64,000 nt of DNA from Terracidiphilus sp. (GTDB taxonomy: Bacteria > Acidobacteriota > Terriglobia > Terriglobales > Acidobacteriaceae): assembly GCA_035487015.1 (NCBI GenBank), contig DATHMP010000008.1, positions 37,121 to 101,120 on the forward strand, given 5' to 3'. The translations under genes were made by a program, and so were the position numbers. Positions within the stretch are counted from its first letter, which is position 1. Every line of letters starts with the position of its first letter. Below are positions 52,500 to 61,558 of the stretch, piece after piece. The notes below the pieces were generated by a model. The model worked only from the letters and a program-made list of their open reading frames with translations. It had not been told where the DNA came from and made no database searches.

Positions 52500-53042
52500 A
52501 TGAAGCCAATGGAATCGATTCAGGGTGATGTCGAAAACAAGTTGCGTAGCAGCACGAAAATGGAACGACCAACTGCGGTTACAGCGCTGGCTTTTTTCCA
52601 GTTTGCGAAGTCACTGTTCCTCGTTTTGGTGGTGATTCTCGCACTCGGACACTCGGATTCTCATTGGGGATCTCAGACATTTTGGGCCCTGTCGTACCTT
52701 GCCTCCCATGGCGGCGGCCTTCCGAGTATTTTCACACCGTTATCAGCTGCGTATGCTGCAGTTGTTGGGTGGGGACTATGGTCACTTAAGGGGTGGGCTC
52801 GCAACCTGCTGATGGCGACTTCCGGCCTTTCCGCTTTACGGTGGATTCGCTATTTCTCAGTGAACGCGGTCATTGGTTCGGATCTTTCGGAAATGTCCAA
52901 CAGAGCGCATTTTGTCAGCACGGATTTTCAGCGCCAAACGGTTTATGCCCTCGTCGCGATTGATTTGATTGTTTTGGGCTGCTTGACCCTGCTGCCGGAT
53001 GTTCCCGAGGCATTTCGCAAGAAAGACTCTGTTTCAGAGTAA
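52500..53042 (+). CDS. Putative immunity/membrane protein (about 4 TM)
   Basis: Hydrophobic ORF directly after Rhs tip 2; RPTAVTALA...GLWSLKGWAR; lower GC; start uncertain. Confidence 0.6.
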   Translation: MKPMESIQGDVENKLRSSTKMERPTAVTALAFFQFAKSLFLVLVVILALGHSDSHWGSQTFWALSYLASHGGGLPSIFTPLSAAYAAVVGWGLWSLKGWARNLLMATSGLSALRWIRYFSVNAVIGSDLSEMSNRAHFVSTDFQRQTVYALVAIDLIVLGCLTLLPDVPEAFRKKDSVSE

Positions 53043-53059
53043 GCCAGCAAGAACCGGCG

Positions 53060-53430
53060 CCCTTTGCCCTTGGCGTGACTCCGCAGGGCACGCCGCCTTC
53101 GGCGTCGGGTTGAGCAAGGACACGTCTCCCCCAGCTGGGAGCTGCAGAGGAACTTCGGTTGCTGCAGGGTAACTCGGAACGTGAAGTCAGCGCCCAAAGG
53201 AAAAAACGCCTCACGGCGTTCGTGGGCCCTGAGTGCGATGCACGCTTGCTCGGGGTGCACCTGGATGCGACTCCCTCTTGTAAGAACACGCAGAGATTTT
53301 CCTTTTAGCTGCCTGCCGTTGAACGCAGCCCGGGCCGCACGCTTGTCGTGCGGCCTTCGTGCGTGTGAGGGTTGGCGGGTGGCGCACCCATTCGCTTCGA
53401 GATGCCGATCGACGACGAACTTGGGGTGCG
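53060..53430. other. Densely structured non-coding region (candidate ncRNA or ssDNA element)
   Basis: At least eight stems, several nested; no credible ORF. Confidence 0.45.
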
Positions 53431-53585
53431 AAACCTTCGACCTTTCCCTGCCGACTCGCCGACTCGCTGGCCCGCTGACTCGCGCCCATTCCCAAAACGG
53501 AACGCGCACATGACCAACGGTTCGATTCCTTCGCGCACCCTTGCAGTCCAATACCCTTCGAACGCGTAGACTTGGTTCAGGAGTA

Positions 53586-53630
53586 GAAAAAGAAACGCGG
53601 CGATCCCATCCGGGTCGCCGCTTCCTTTTG
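53586..53630. terminator. Terminator-like hairpin, bidirectional
   Basis: A-rich run, GCGGCGATCC-CATCC-GGGTCGCCGC, then TTCCTTTT. Confidence 0.65.
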
Positions 53631-53738
53631 CAGCAACTCTCCGTTGGAGCCAACGCAGCAAATGTGCACATAAGTGCGGTATAGAACGCACTTTTTCAGC
53701 GTTAACCAACCGGGAATGTTCAGGATAAGGGCCAAAAT

Positions 53739-53802
53739 GGGGTACCCCCCTCCCCCCTACCCCCGGGGGGTATGCCGTTCATAAAATCGCAATTCTGGCC
53801 CC
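53739..53802. repeat. GGGGTACCCCCCTCCCCCC...CGTTC...CGCAATTCTGGCCCC element, copy B
   Basis: Related to 7239-7291. Confidence 0.55.
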
Positions 53803-53839
53803 CAAAAAATTGACCAGATCAACGGCCCGCCCGGCATCT

Positions 53840-53868
53840 CTAACTCCGCTAACCTCGCTAACTCCGCT
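53840..53868 (+). repeat. 9-bp tandem repeat x3
   Basis: CTAACTCCG CTAACCTCG CTAACTCCG CT. Confidence 0.75.
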
Positions 53869-53881
53869 TTTCGGGTTGTGA

Positions 53882-53929
53882 ACCTGTGAAACTGTGCACC
53901 TGTGAAACTGTGTACCTGTGAAACTGTGG
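53882..53929 (+). repeat. 16-bp tandem repeat x3 (ACCTGTGAAACTGTGN), fourth copy at 53993-54008
   Basis: Read directly from the sequence. Confidence 0.85.
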
Positions 53930-54098
53930 ACGCTCTGCGCGCAGCGCGGCTGCCTGGACGGCCAGCCCCCCGTGCGGTCAGCACCGGCCAGCACCTGTGA
54001 AGCTGTGTTGGCGCGCACCTGCAAGCCCATTCGCTCCGCCAACCTCTTGCCGCTCCCGCCCAGTCCCGTGTGCGACAATCCTCAAAAGACAGTCTTCT

Positions 54099-55565
54099 AT
54101 GCGCGCTACTCGTCTTTTGCCGGCTTGGATCTTGGTTCTTTCGCTTGCCGGCATGTCAGCAAGGCCCCAAACCCCTCAAATCATTACGCCTCCAGCACCC
54201 TTGGTCCTCGCCGGCGGCACCGTCATCGACGTCTCCAACTGGGGTCACTCCGCAAAAGACCTCTTTGACGCCATCGTCGTCATCGACCAGGGCAAAATCG
54301 TTGCCGTCGGCTCGCGCACCGACATCCCGATTCCCAGGAACGCCCGCATCCTCGATTGCACCGGAAAATATTTGATTCCAGGTCTGATCGACGGCTTCGC
54401 CGGCATGAATTCACAAGGCCAGGCCAACGCCTTCCTTTATATGGGCGTCACCACCGTCGTGGTCAGCGCCGACGCGCGCCGCGGCCACATCGACTTCGCT
54501 GCCAATCCGCATCCCCACCTTTATCTCCTCGACTCCATCGGAACTACAGATGATTGGAGCCTTCTCATCGGCCAGCCGGCCTGGACATCGAAACTCCGCG
54601 AAGGCCCGCACCCCACGGAATTGATCCCCGAAGACACAGCGCGCCAGCTCACCGACTCCGCTCACCTCGGCACGCGCGTCCTCTGGTTGGGTCGCGATCT
54701 CACCGCCGCAAATTCGCAATGGATCATCGCCCACGCTCATCAAATGGGCCTCGTCACCTACGGGGAATTCGTCGCCACACCGTATAGCGTCGGCATTGAT
54801 GCCGGCGTAGATGCTCTGCTCCACATGGGCCGTTATGAACTCGGCGTGATTCCCGATGAATTGCAGCGCCCACTTGTCGAAGATCCCAATGGCGCAGCAG
54901 CCACCACGGCCTATGACTACGCGGAACACTTGCCGCCCTCCGATGAACATCTGCGCGCCTACGCGCGCCTGATCGCCGCGCACCACGCCGCGCTCATGCC
55001 CACCTTCAGCATCTACTTCCTGCAATTGCCCGGACATCGCAACCTCTGGCATGAGCCCGCAGCATCGTTGCTCGATCCGGCTGGGCTCTACGCACCACCC
55101 GATCGCAGCACCGGCGAGTTGCAGTACCCAATTGCGTCCTGGGCCCATCATCTTCCGCAATCGGCGCAGCGTTGGCTGGAATCAGGACAGCAGAAGAAAG
55201 CTGATCAATCTGCGATACGACTCTGGCAAATCAACCAGTCCATCTTTCAAGCCAATCCACACTACCTCGTTGCCTCGGGTGCACCCGTCTTCGGCGCGAT
55301 GCCCGGCATCTCCGAACACACGGAGCTCGAAATGATGGTGCGCCTCGGACTGTCTCCGCGTGAGGCGCTCGCCGCCGCCACAAACAACTACTCGCTGCAG
55401 TTTGGTTGGAATGAACTTGGTCAGATCGCCGCGGGCAAACGAGCCGACATCTTGGTCCTCGACTCCGACCCGACAATCAACGTCTGGAATGCGCGCCGCA
55501 TCACTTCCCTCATCGTCGACGGAAATTTCCTCGACCGCGATGCTCTGCTCAAGCCCAAAAAATAA
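54099..55565 (+). CDS. Exported amidohydrolase-superfamily protein with degenerate metal site
   Basis: Signal peptide; IDQGKIVAVG, LIPGLIDGFAG (HxH absent), GLSPREALAAAT, GQIAAGKRADILVLDSDP. Confidence 0.8.
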   Translation: MRATRLLPAWILVLSLAGMSARPQTPQIITPPAPLVLAGGTVIDVSNWGHSAKDLFDAIVVIDQGKIVAVGSRTDIPIPRNARILDCTGKYLIPGLIDGFAGMNSQGQANAFLYMGVTTVVVSADARRGHIDFAANPHPHLYLLDSIGTTDDWSLLIGQPAWTSKLREGPHPTELIPEDTARQLTDSAHLGTRVLWLGRDLTAANSQWIIAHAHQMGLVTYGEFVATPYSVGIDAGVDALLHMGRYELGVIPDELQRPLVEDPNGAAATTAYDYAEHLPPSDEHLRAYARLIAAHHAALMPTFSIYFLQLPGHRNLWHEPAASLLDPAGLYAPPDRSTGELQYPIASWAHHLPQSAQRWLESGQQKKADQSAIRLWQINQSIFQANPHYLVASGAPVFGAMPGISEHTELEMMVRLGLSPREALAAATNNYSLQFGWNELGQIAAGKRADILVLDSDPTINVWNARRITSLIVDGNFLDRDALLKPKK

Positions 55566-55570
55566 CAGCC

Positions 55571-56113
55571 TCAGGCCATCTGTCTTACGGCGCTCATCAG
55601 GATCTTGGGTAACCGCTCTTGGCGAAGCACGAAGGTTTGTTTCAGTTGTCGCCGCACCGCTGAGTCCCACAATTGTCCCACCGAACCGAAGGGCAGGGAA
55701 TACTCGATCTCATCGGTAAGCAATGTGCCCACGCGCCCATTCTGGATCTCAGACTGTATTCCGTGACGATGACGGAACCGCTCAAACGGGCCTCGCATCT
55801 GTTCATCGCAGAAATGGCTGTACCACGCAAATTCCGTGATCCGAGCCACCCAGCGCACACGCATCGGCACATAGGCAGCCGGACAAAAACTCAAGGTCAC
55901 TTCCGATCCCACCCCCGCTGCCAGTGTCGGCTCTACCCACTGGGCGCCGGACGAAATTGGACTGGGCGGCGCCCCAACCCAACGTACCTCATGAACCTGC
56001 GTCTTCATCTTCGCCGGCATCAGCGCCGGCAAATTATATGGATTCGCAAAAAACGCAAAAACCACATCCACCGTGTATGGAACCCACTGGCATGTAACAA
56101 TTCGTTCAATCAT
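55571..56113 (-). CDS. SRPBCC (START-like) family protein
   Basis: VFAFFANPYNL, WVARITEF, FCDEQMRGPFERFRHRH, LTDEIEYSLPFG. Confidence 0.85.
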   Translation of the reverse strand: MIERIVTCQWVPYTVDVVFAFFANPYNLPALMPAKMKTQVHEVRWVGAPPSPISSGAQWVEPTLAAGVGSEVTLSFCPAAYVPMRVRWVARITEFAWYSHFCDEQMRGPFERFRHRHGIQSEIQNGRVGTLLTDEIEYSLPFGSVGQLWDSAVRRQLKQTFVLRQERLPKILMSAVRQMA

Positions 56114-56375
56114 TCTCTACAACGTCAACTCTCTACTCGGCGGTCGATCGCCACGGAAAATGCACCACAACTTGGAGAACGTGTTCGCAGGCAAAATAGA
56201 TTTGCGAAAGTGAACAAAAACCCCATTCTGGTGTACATTGCCGAGTTTCACCGATCATGACAAAAGTGTGTCCAACCGGGCATCGCCCATTTGTAGTCGT
56301 TTAGGAAAAACTGCGGTAATCATTTACCGTATCGAAAGAGGGATGCAGGGGCCCGGCCTTCGCCGGCATGAGCGA

Positions 56376-56885
56376 ATGATCGACACCTCAACGCAGAGCA
56401 AGACGGCAACTGGCCGCCACAACAAGTGGTTAGTCCTTATCGCGACCTATAAGGGTCTGCAGGCCTTGCTCTTTGTTGCCGTTGGTGTCGGAGCGTTGCG
56501 TTTACTTCATAAGGACATCGACGACGTCTTGAGCCAGTTGGCCTCCGCGCTCCGCTTCAACCCCGAGTCGCGCTTTATCAATTTTCTTCTCGACAAGGCC
56601 ACTCTGGTGAATGATCCGCTCTTGCGCCGAATTGGTGCAGTCGCCTTTAGCTATGCGGCATTGAGCCTTGCCGAAGGCATCGGTCTCTACCTTGAAAAGG
56701 CGTGGGGCGAGATCCTGACCCTCGCCATCACGGCATCCTTTCTTCCATGGGAAATCTTTGAAATCTTTCGACGCCTGACGCTGGTGCGCGTCGGTCTCTT
56801 GGTCATCAATTTTCTGGTTTTTCTCTACCTGTTAAAGATCGTGGCCGACCGCAAAATTCGGTCGTCAGCACCCACTTCAGCATGA
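56376..56885 (+). CDS. DUF2127-family membrane protein
   Basis: LIATYK, YAALSLAEGIGLYLEKAWGE, FLPWEIFE; start at 56343 or 56376. Confidence 0.8.
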   Translation: MIDTSTQSKTATGRHNKWLVLIATYKGLQALLFVAVGVGALRLLHKDIDDVLSQLASALRFNPESRFINFLLDKATLVNDPLLRRIGAVAFSYAALSLAEGIGLYLEKAWGEILTLAITASFLPWEIFEIFRRLTLVRVGLLVINFLVFLYLLKIVADRKIRSSAPTSA

Positions 56886-57115
56886 TTTCGCTTTTTGTTC
56901 TCCATACATCTTTCCGGCTCATTTGACTAGAGCGACAATAGCGCCCTGAATCAAAGTCCTAAACACTAGATATTGCGATGCCGCAATTCCCTCTGCCCAT
57001 TAGGCGGATTTGCGGCTTTCGAAGGACGCCGTCCAGCTTTTGCTCCGGTACTTTCGCACATCCCTCCCAAGTTTTCGTATTGGACCGCTCATCAATGTGG
57101 GCTAATATCGTTTCT

Positions 57116-57145
57116 AAAGTGGAGTGAAAGGGAGCAAAAGGGAGT
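57116..57145 (+). promoter_or_regulatory. Probable MraZ-binding direct repeats
   Basis: AAAGTGGAGT GAAAGGGAGC AAAAGGGAGT, three units at 10-bp period upstream of mraZ. Confidence 0.65.
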
Positions 57146-57258
57146 TCAATTCACTGAATCCAACCCAAATTGCACCAGCCGCCCCCACTTTACACCAAGT
57201 TTCGAACATATTCGGGTTCGATATCACAGTCGTTAAGGGCAAAGGAAGCAGGAAAGCA

Positions 57259-57708
57259 ATGTTTCGCGGAAGTCATGAGGCCAAGATCGATGAAAAGGGA
57301 AGGCTCAAGTTGCCTTCTGCTTTTAAGGCCCTCATGGACGCCTCAAATGTCACTCAGTTTTTCGTGACCAGCACGAATGGGAAATGGGCCGAGATTTGGC
57401 CGCTGCCCGAGTGGGAAAAGGTAGAAGCTCGTTTGGCAAAACGTAGCGCTCTGGATGACGCCGTGGAGGAATTCATGAACTTGGTGAACTATTACGGCCA
57501 GCAGGTGGAAATGGACAACCAGGGGCGAATTCTGTTGCCACAGATTTTACGGGATAAGGCCAGGCTCACAGCAGAAGTGAAGGTGATGGGCCAGATCAAG
57601 TTCCTAGCAGTGCATAACCGAGAAGAAGTCGACAAGGTTGTTTCGATCGACGGCATGGCGCCTGAACGGAAAAGTCGGATCTCGGGCTATTTGACCGAGC
57701 CGGATTGA
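57259..57708 (+). CDS. mraZ: Division/cell wall cluster transcriptional repressor
   Basis: MFRG...IDEKGRLKLP and MDNQGRILLP AbrB-like repeats; heads the dcw cluster. Confidence 0.93.
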   Translation: MFRGSHEAKIDEKGRLKLPSAFKALMDASNVTQFFVTSTNGKWAEIWPLPEWEKVEARLAKRSALDDAVEEFMNLVNYYGQQVEMDNQGRILLPQILRDKARLTAEVKVMGQIKFLAVHNREEVDKVVSIDGMAPERKSRISGYLTEPD

Positions 57709-57731
57709 GATTTACCCCCCAGGGGGAGCGC

Positions 57732-58631
57732 ATGACGAAGCAGACAGAGCGCCATGTGCCTGTTCTTTTACAAGATGCGATTGAACTTTTGAATCTGCGC
57801 CCCGGCGCCGTCGTTGCCGATTGCACGCTTGGGTTGGCAGGGCATTCCGAGGAGATTGCGCGGAGGATTGGACCTCAGGGGCACTTGATCGCGTTTGATC
57901 GAGATCCCGAAGCCATCGCACTCGCCAAAGTTCGGTTGGGTCGGTTGGCAAACGAGCTTGGTGAGAATACTCCGCGATTCACTTTGGTAAACGAGGTGTT
58001 CAGCAACATTCAGGAATACGTACAGCCGGCATCACTCGACGGTCTGTTGGCGGACTTCGGTGTCAGCAGCCTGCAACTCGACGAGGCGCGCAGAGGATTC
58101 AGTTTTAAGGCGGACGGCCCTTTGGAAATGCGGATGGATCCGCGTTCGGGCCTGACTGCCGAACAAGTGGTGAATGAGGCAAACGAGCGCGAGCTTGCAG
58201 ACCTCATTTACGAATACGGAGAGGAAAGGAGGTCGCGGAGAATCGCCAGAGCCATTGTTCGGGGGCGGCCAGTGACAACGACTGGGCAACTCGCCCACAT
58301 CGTAGCTGCTGCCGCCCCGACAATGAAGCAAGACAGAATTCATCCGGCCACGCGTACCTTCCAGGCGCTCCGGATTTATGTGAATCGTGAACTGGATGAA
58401 ATCAAAGCCCTCCTGGAGGCCGCACCTGCTCTGCTTAAGACCTCGGGCCGGCTCGTCGTCATCAGTTTTCATTCTCTGGAAGATCGCATCGCAAAAGACA
58501 GCCTGCGCGACGGCGCACATAGCGGAATCTGGCAAGTATTGACGAAGAAGCCGATTACGGCTGGCGAAGAAGAGATTGATTTGAACCCGCGCTCCAGAAG
58601 CGCGAAGTTACGAGCGGCAGAAAGGCAGTGA
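57732..58631 (+). CDS. rsmH: 16S rRNA m4C1402 methyltransferase
   Basis: HVPVLL, DFGVSSLQLD, RGFSF, HPATRTFQALRI, FHSLEDR, NPRSRSAKLR. Confidence 0.97.
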   Translation: MTKQTERHVPVLLQDAIELLNLRPGAVVADCTLGLAGHSEEIARRIGPQGHLIAFDRDPEAIALAKVRLGRLANELGENTPRFTLVNEVFSNIQEYVQPASLDGLLADFGVSSLQLDEARRGFSFKADGPLEMRMDPRSGLTAEQVVNEANERELADLIYEYGEERRSRRIARAIVRGRPVTTTGQLAHIVAAAAPTMKQDRIHPATRTFQALRIYVNRELDEIKALLEAAPALLKTSGRLVVISFHSLEDRIAKDSLRDGAHSGIWQVLTKKPITAGEEEIDLNPRSRSAKLRAAERQ

Positions 58632-58661
58632 TCTTAGATCTCTGCGAGGCAAGGAGTGAAC

Positions 58662-59165
58662 ATGGCGGCGTGCACCACGTATTTCGACACCGGCAACAGC
58701 ATTGGTTCGCAGATCGCTGAGCGCAATGCTGAGCTTATGGCCCAGCAGCCACTCAGGCGCAGGGGCGTCCGGACCCCCGAGGTCATGTTTGCCAGACACT
58801 TCGACAATTCGCGTCTCGTGAAAGCCGCCGATCCTGTGCGGGTCCGGCAGATGCGCACGTTCACTGCTGCGGTCACGGTTCTGTTCTCGCTCGTTATGAT
58901 CTATGGTCTTCAGCACTTCAGTGCCATCGAAGGCTCCTATCGGGTCGAGTCCGAGAAGCAGCAACTTGAACAGTTGCGCGAAGAAAACCGCCAGCTTCGC
59001 CTTTCCGAGGCGCAGCTTGCTCAGCCAGAGCGAATCGATTCGCTCGCCCGCCAAATGGGTCTTTCTTTTCCAGAGCCGGGCCAAGTGGTGCATGCTTCGG
59101 CGCCAATAGATAGCAGCGGCCCTGTTCTTGCGCAAAACGCTCTTCCACAATCTCCTGAAAGATAA
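58662..59165 (+). CDS. ftsL: Cell division protein FtsL-like
   Basis: Single TM followed by a coiled coil; PERIDSLARQMGL; position between rsmH and ftsI. Confidence 0.8.
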   Translation: MAACTTYFDTGNSIGSQIAERNAELMAQQPLRRRGVRTPEVMFARHFDNSRLVKAADPVRVRQMRTFTAAVTVLFSLVMIYGLQHFSAIEGSYRVESEKQQLEQLREENRQLRLSEAQLAQPERIDSLARQMGLSFPEPGQVVHASAPIDSSGPVLAQNALPQSPER

Positions 59166-59171
59166 TCTGGA

Positions 59172-61508
59172 ATGGCCAGTCCTCTCCCAGTAATGCAGGT
59201 GTCGCCTCCTCTACGAACCGCAAGACCGCGCGGCGTGGTGTCCCGTGTCCTTCCCATGAAGCGCGCGCGCTTTTGGATCGTTTGCCTGTTTTTTCTTGTT
59301 TGGGCCTTTGCCATCACGACGCGACTTTTCTGGCTGCAAGTTGTGCACCATACCGAATATGTGGAACGTGCACAGAGGCAGCAACAAAGGACCTTTGAAG
59401 TTGCGCCTCGTCGCGGGATGCTCTTCGACCGGAATATGCGCGAACTTGCAATGACGGTGCAGGTCGACTCCATCTATGCAGTGCCGATGGAAATGTCAGA
59501 AAAAGAGAAGGAAGCGGATGCTCGTGCACTCGCCTCGATCGTTCACAGCGACCCCGCCGACGCACAAACGACCGTGCAGGAAATTGCCAAGCGCCTCGAA
59601 AATGGGCACGGCTTCGCCTGGGTTGCACGCCGCGTGACGCCGGGCCTTTCCGCTCGTGTCCGAGCACTTGGATTGAAAGGCATCTATTTCCAAAAGGAAT
59701 TTCAACGCTTTTATCCCAACAGCCAAGTTGCTGCACAAGTTCTTGGCTATGTCGGTCTTGACGACAACGGACTGGGCGGCTTGGAACAGAAGTTTGACAA
59801 TCCGTTGCATGGTACGCCAGGCCGTGTTTTGACGGCAGTGGATGCACGCCGCCACGTGCTTGGTTCCATTGAACATGAACCTGAACCTGGCCAGAGTCTG
59901 CAGTTGACCATCGACAAAGATATTCAATACATCGCTGAAAGCGCACTTGATCACGCGATGGATAAGACACAATCTGACAACGGCACGATCGTCGTACAAG
60001 ATGTGCACACCGGACAGATTCTTGCGCTTGCCATTCGACCGACGTTTAATCCGAACGATTTTCGTCACACCACGGCGAAACTGCTCAAGGATCATGCGGT
60101 CAGCGATGTGTACGAGCCGGGCTCCGTTTTCAAACTCGTGACTTATTCTTCGGCCATAGACTCGAATGTGGCAAAGCCCGAGGACATGATCGATTGCCAG
60201 GGCGGTCAAATCACTTTGGCTGGGCGGGTGATTCACGACGACAAGAGTGACCGGGGCATGGGCGTCGTGACCGTAGCGACTGCTTTGGCTAAGTCGAGCG
60301 ATGTAGCTGCAGTGAAGCTGGCTCTTCGCGTGGGCCCGGACAAGTTCTATCAATATATCCGTGATTTTGGATTCGGCTCGCGCAGCGGAATCGAATTGCC
60401 TGGCGAGACACGCGGACTGCTGCGTCCAACAAACAAATGGAATGGCTCCTCCATTGGATCGATTGCAATTGGTCAGGAAGTTGGCGTAACGCCCGTGCAA
60501 CTGGTTTCGATGGTGTCAACGATCGCCAACGGAGGCACCTATCTGCCTCCGCGCATGTTGATGTCGAGCCCGGCAGCACAGGCATCATCGTCCGATCAGA
60601 AGCCCGTCACATCCCAATTTGCGCAACCTTTTAGGGCGGCCGACGAGCTGCCCAATCCGCTGCCGGCCGGAGCGCATCGTGTCATCTCTGAGATGGCCGC
60701 CGCACAGATGCGCAAGATGATGGAGGGTGTGGTCCTTTACGGCTCGGGCAAGCCAGCTCAACTGAATGGCTATTCCACGGGCGGCAAGACCGGTACTGCG
60801 CAAAAGATCGACCCTCAGACTCACACCTATTCCAAGACCATGCACATTGCCTCCTTCGCGGGGATTGCGCCGGTCAACAATCCAGCCATTGCAGTCGTTG
60901 TCGTCATGGACAATCCCAAGGGCGCGCTGTATTACGGCACCGAGGTCTCCGCGCCGGTTTTCAAAGAGGTGGCACAGCAAATTCTCGAATACCTCCGCAT
61001 CTCACATGACATTGATATGCTGCCTAAAAGCGCACAGAAGCTTAAGAAAGAGACGCCGGAACCCGAGGACGATGCGGATGCGGATCAGAATAACGTCAAC
61101 TCACTCTTCGCGGCAGTCAATGATCTGCCGGCAGACGATCCTCTGCGCGCACCGCCTGTGCAAGTTCCATCGCCGAGTCCGCAACTCTCGGCGTCTGTCG
61201 GGTCGGGAACTGTCTCCAATGCACTGACCACTCAGCCCGCGCGAACCGGGTCTGCCAGCGCTCCTGCACTCAGCGCTCCTGCACTCGCAACCGTTCAAAA
61301 GGCGCCGACTCAGGTCACCATCAGCGACGGCCAGCGGTTCACCGTTCCGACTCTCGTTGGATTGCCGATGCGCAAGGTGATTGAAGCAGCAGATGCGGCC
61401 AGTCTCGATATCCAAATCGTTGGGAGTGGTACCGCGCGGGAACAGGCGCCTGCGCCCGGAACGCAAGTGCCTACTGGAACGAAGATTGTTGTTCGCTTTG
61501 GCCGGTGA
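59172..61508 (+). CDS. ftsI: Class B penicillin-binding protein with C-terminal PASTA domain
   Basis: RGMLFDRN, YEPGSVFK (SxxK), KSSD, GKTGTAQK; dcw position. Confidence 0.93.
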   Translation: MASPLPVMQVSPPLRTARPRGVVSRVLPMKRARFWIVCLFFLVWAFAITTRLFWLQVVHHTEYVERAQRQQQRTFEVAPRRGMLFDRNMRELAMTVQVDSIYAVPMEMSEKEKEADARALASIVHSDPADAQTTVQEIAKRLENGHGFAWVARRVTPGLSARVRALGLKGIYFQKEFQRFYPNSQVAAQVLGYVGLDDNGLGGLEQKFDNPLHGTPGRVLTAVDARRHVLGSIEHEPEPGQSLQLTIDKDIQYIAESALDHAMDKTQSDNGTIVVQDVHTGQILALAIRPTFNPNDFRHTTAKLLKDHAVSDVYEPGSVFKLVTYSSAIDSNVAKPEDMIDCQGGQITLAGRVIHDDKSDRGMGVVTVATALAKSSDVAAVKLALRVGPDKFYQYIRDFGFGSRSGIELPGETRGLLRPTNKWNGSSIGSIAIGQEVGVTPVQLVSMVSTIANGGTYLPPRMLMSSPAAQASSSDQKPVTSQFAQPFRAADELPNPLPAGAHRVISEMAAAQMRKMMEGVVLYGSGKPAQLNGYSTGGKTGTAQKIDPQTHTYSKTMHIASFAGIAPVNNPAIAVVVVMDNPKGALYYGTEVSAPVFKEVAQQILEYLRISHDIDMLPKSAQKLKKETPEPEDDADADQNNVNSLFAAVNDLPADDPLRAPPVQVPSPSPQLSASVGSGTVSNALTTQPARTGSASAPALSAPALATVQKAPTQVTISDGQRFTVPTLVGLPMRKVIEAADAASLDIQIVGSGTAREQAPAPGTQVPTGTKIVVRFGR

Positions 61509-61558
61509 CGGGGGGTCGAGCGAAGTGCGCTCCAAGCCAACTACAATCAAAAGCTGAC

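Noticed and set aside
53060-53200. 6S RNA, tmRNA, RNase P or riboswitch identity for the structured region
   Set aside because: I could not find their diagnostic sequence motifs or the 6S rod-and-bubble geometry; left unassigned.
53515-53540. GGTTCGATTCC, tRNA T-loop-like motif (possible att site)
   Set aside because: The T-stem pairs poorly, there is no acceptor stem or CCA, and no second copy or integrase.
53663-53690. TGTGCACATAA resembling the XerC arm of a dif site
   Set aside because: No acceptable XerD arm (TTATGTTAAAT-like) at the 6-bp spacing.
61257-61286. 15-bp duplication (SAPAL x2) in ftsI
   Set aside because: Ordinary slippage in a low-complexity linker before the PASTA domain.
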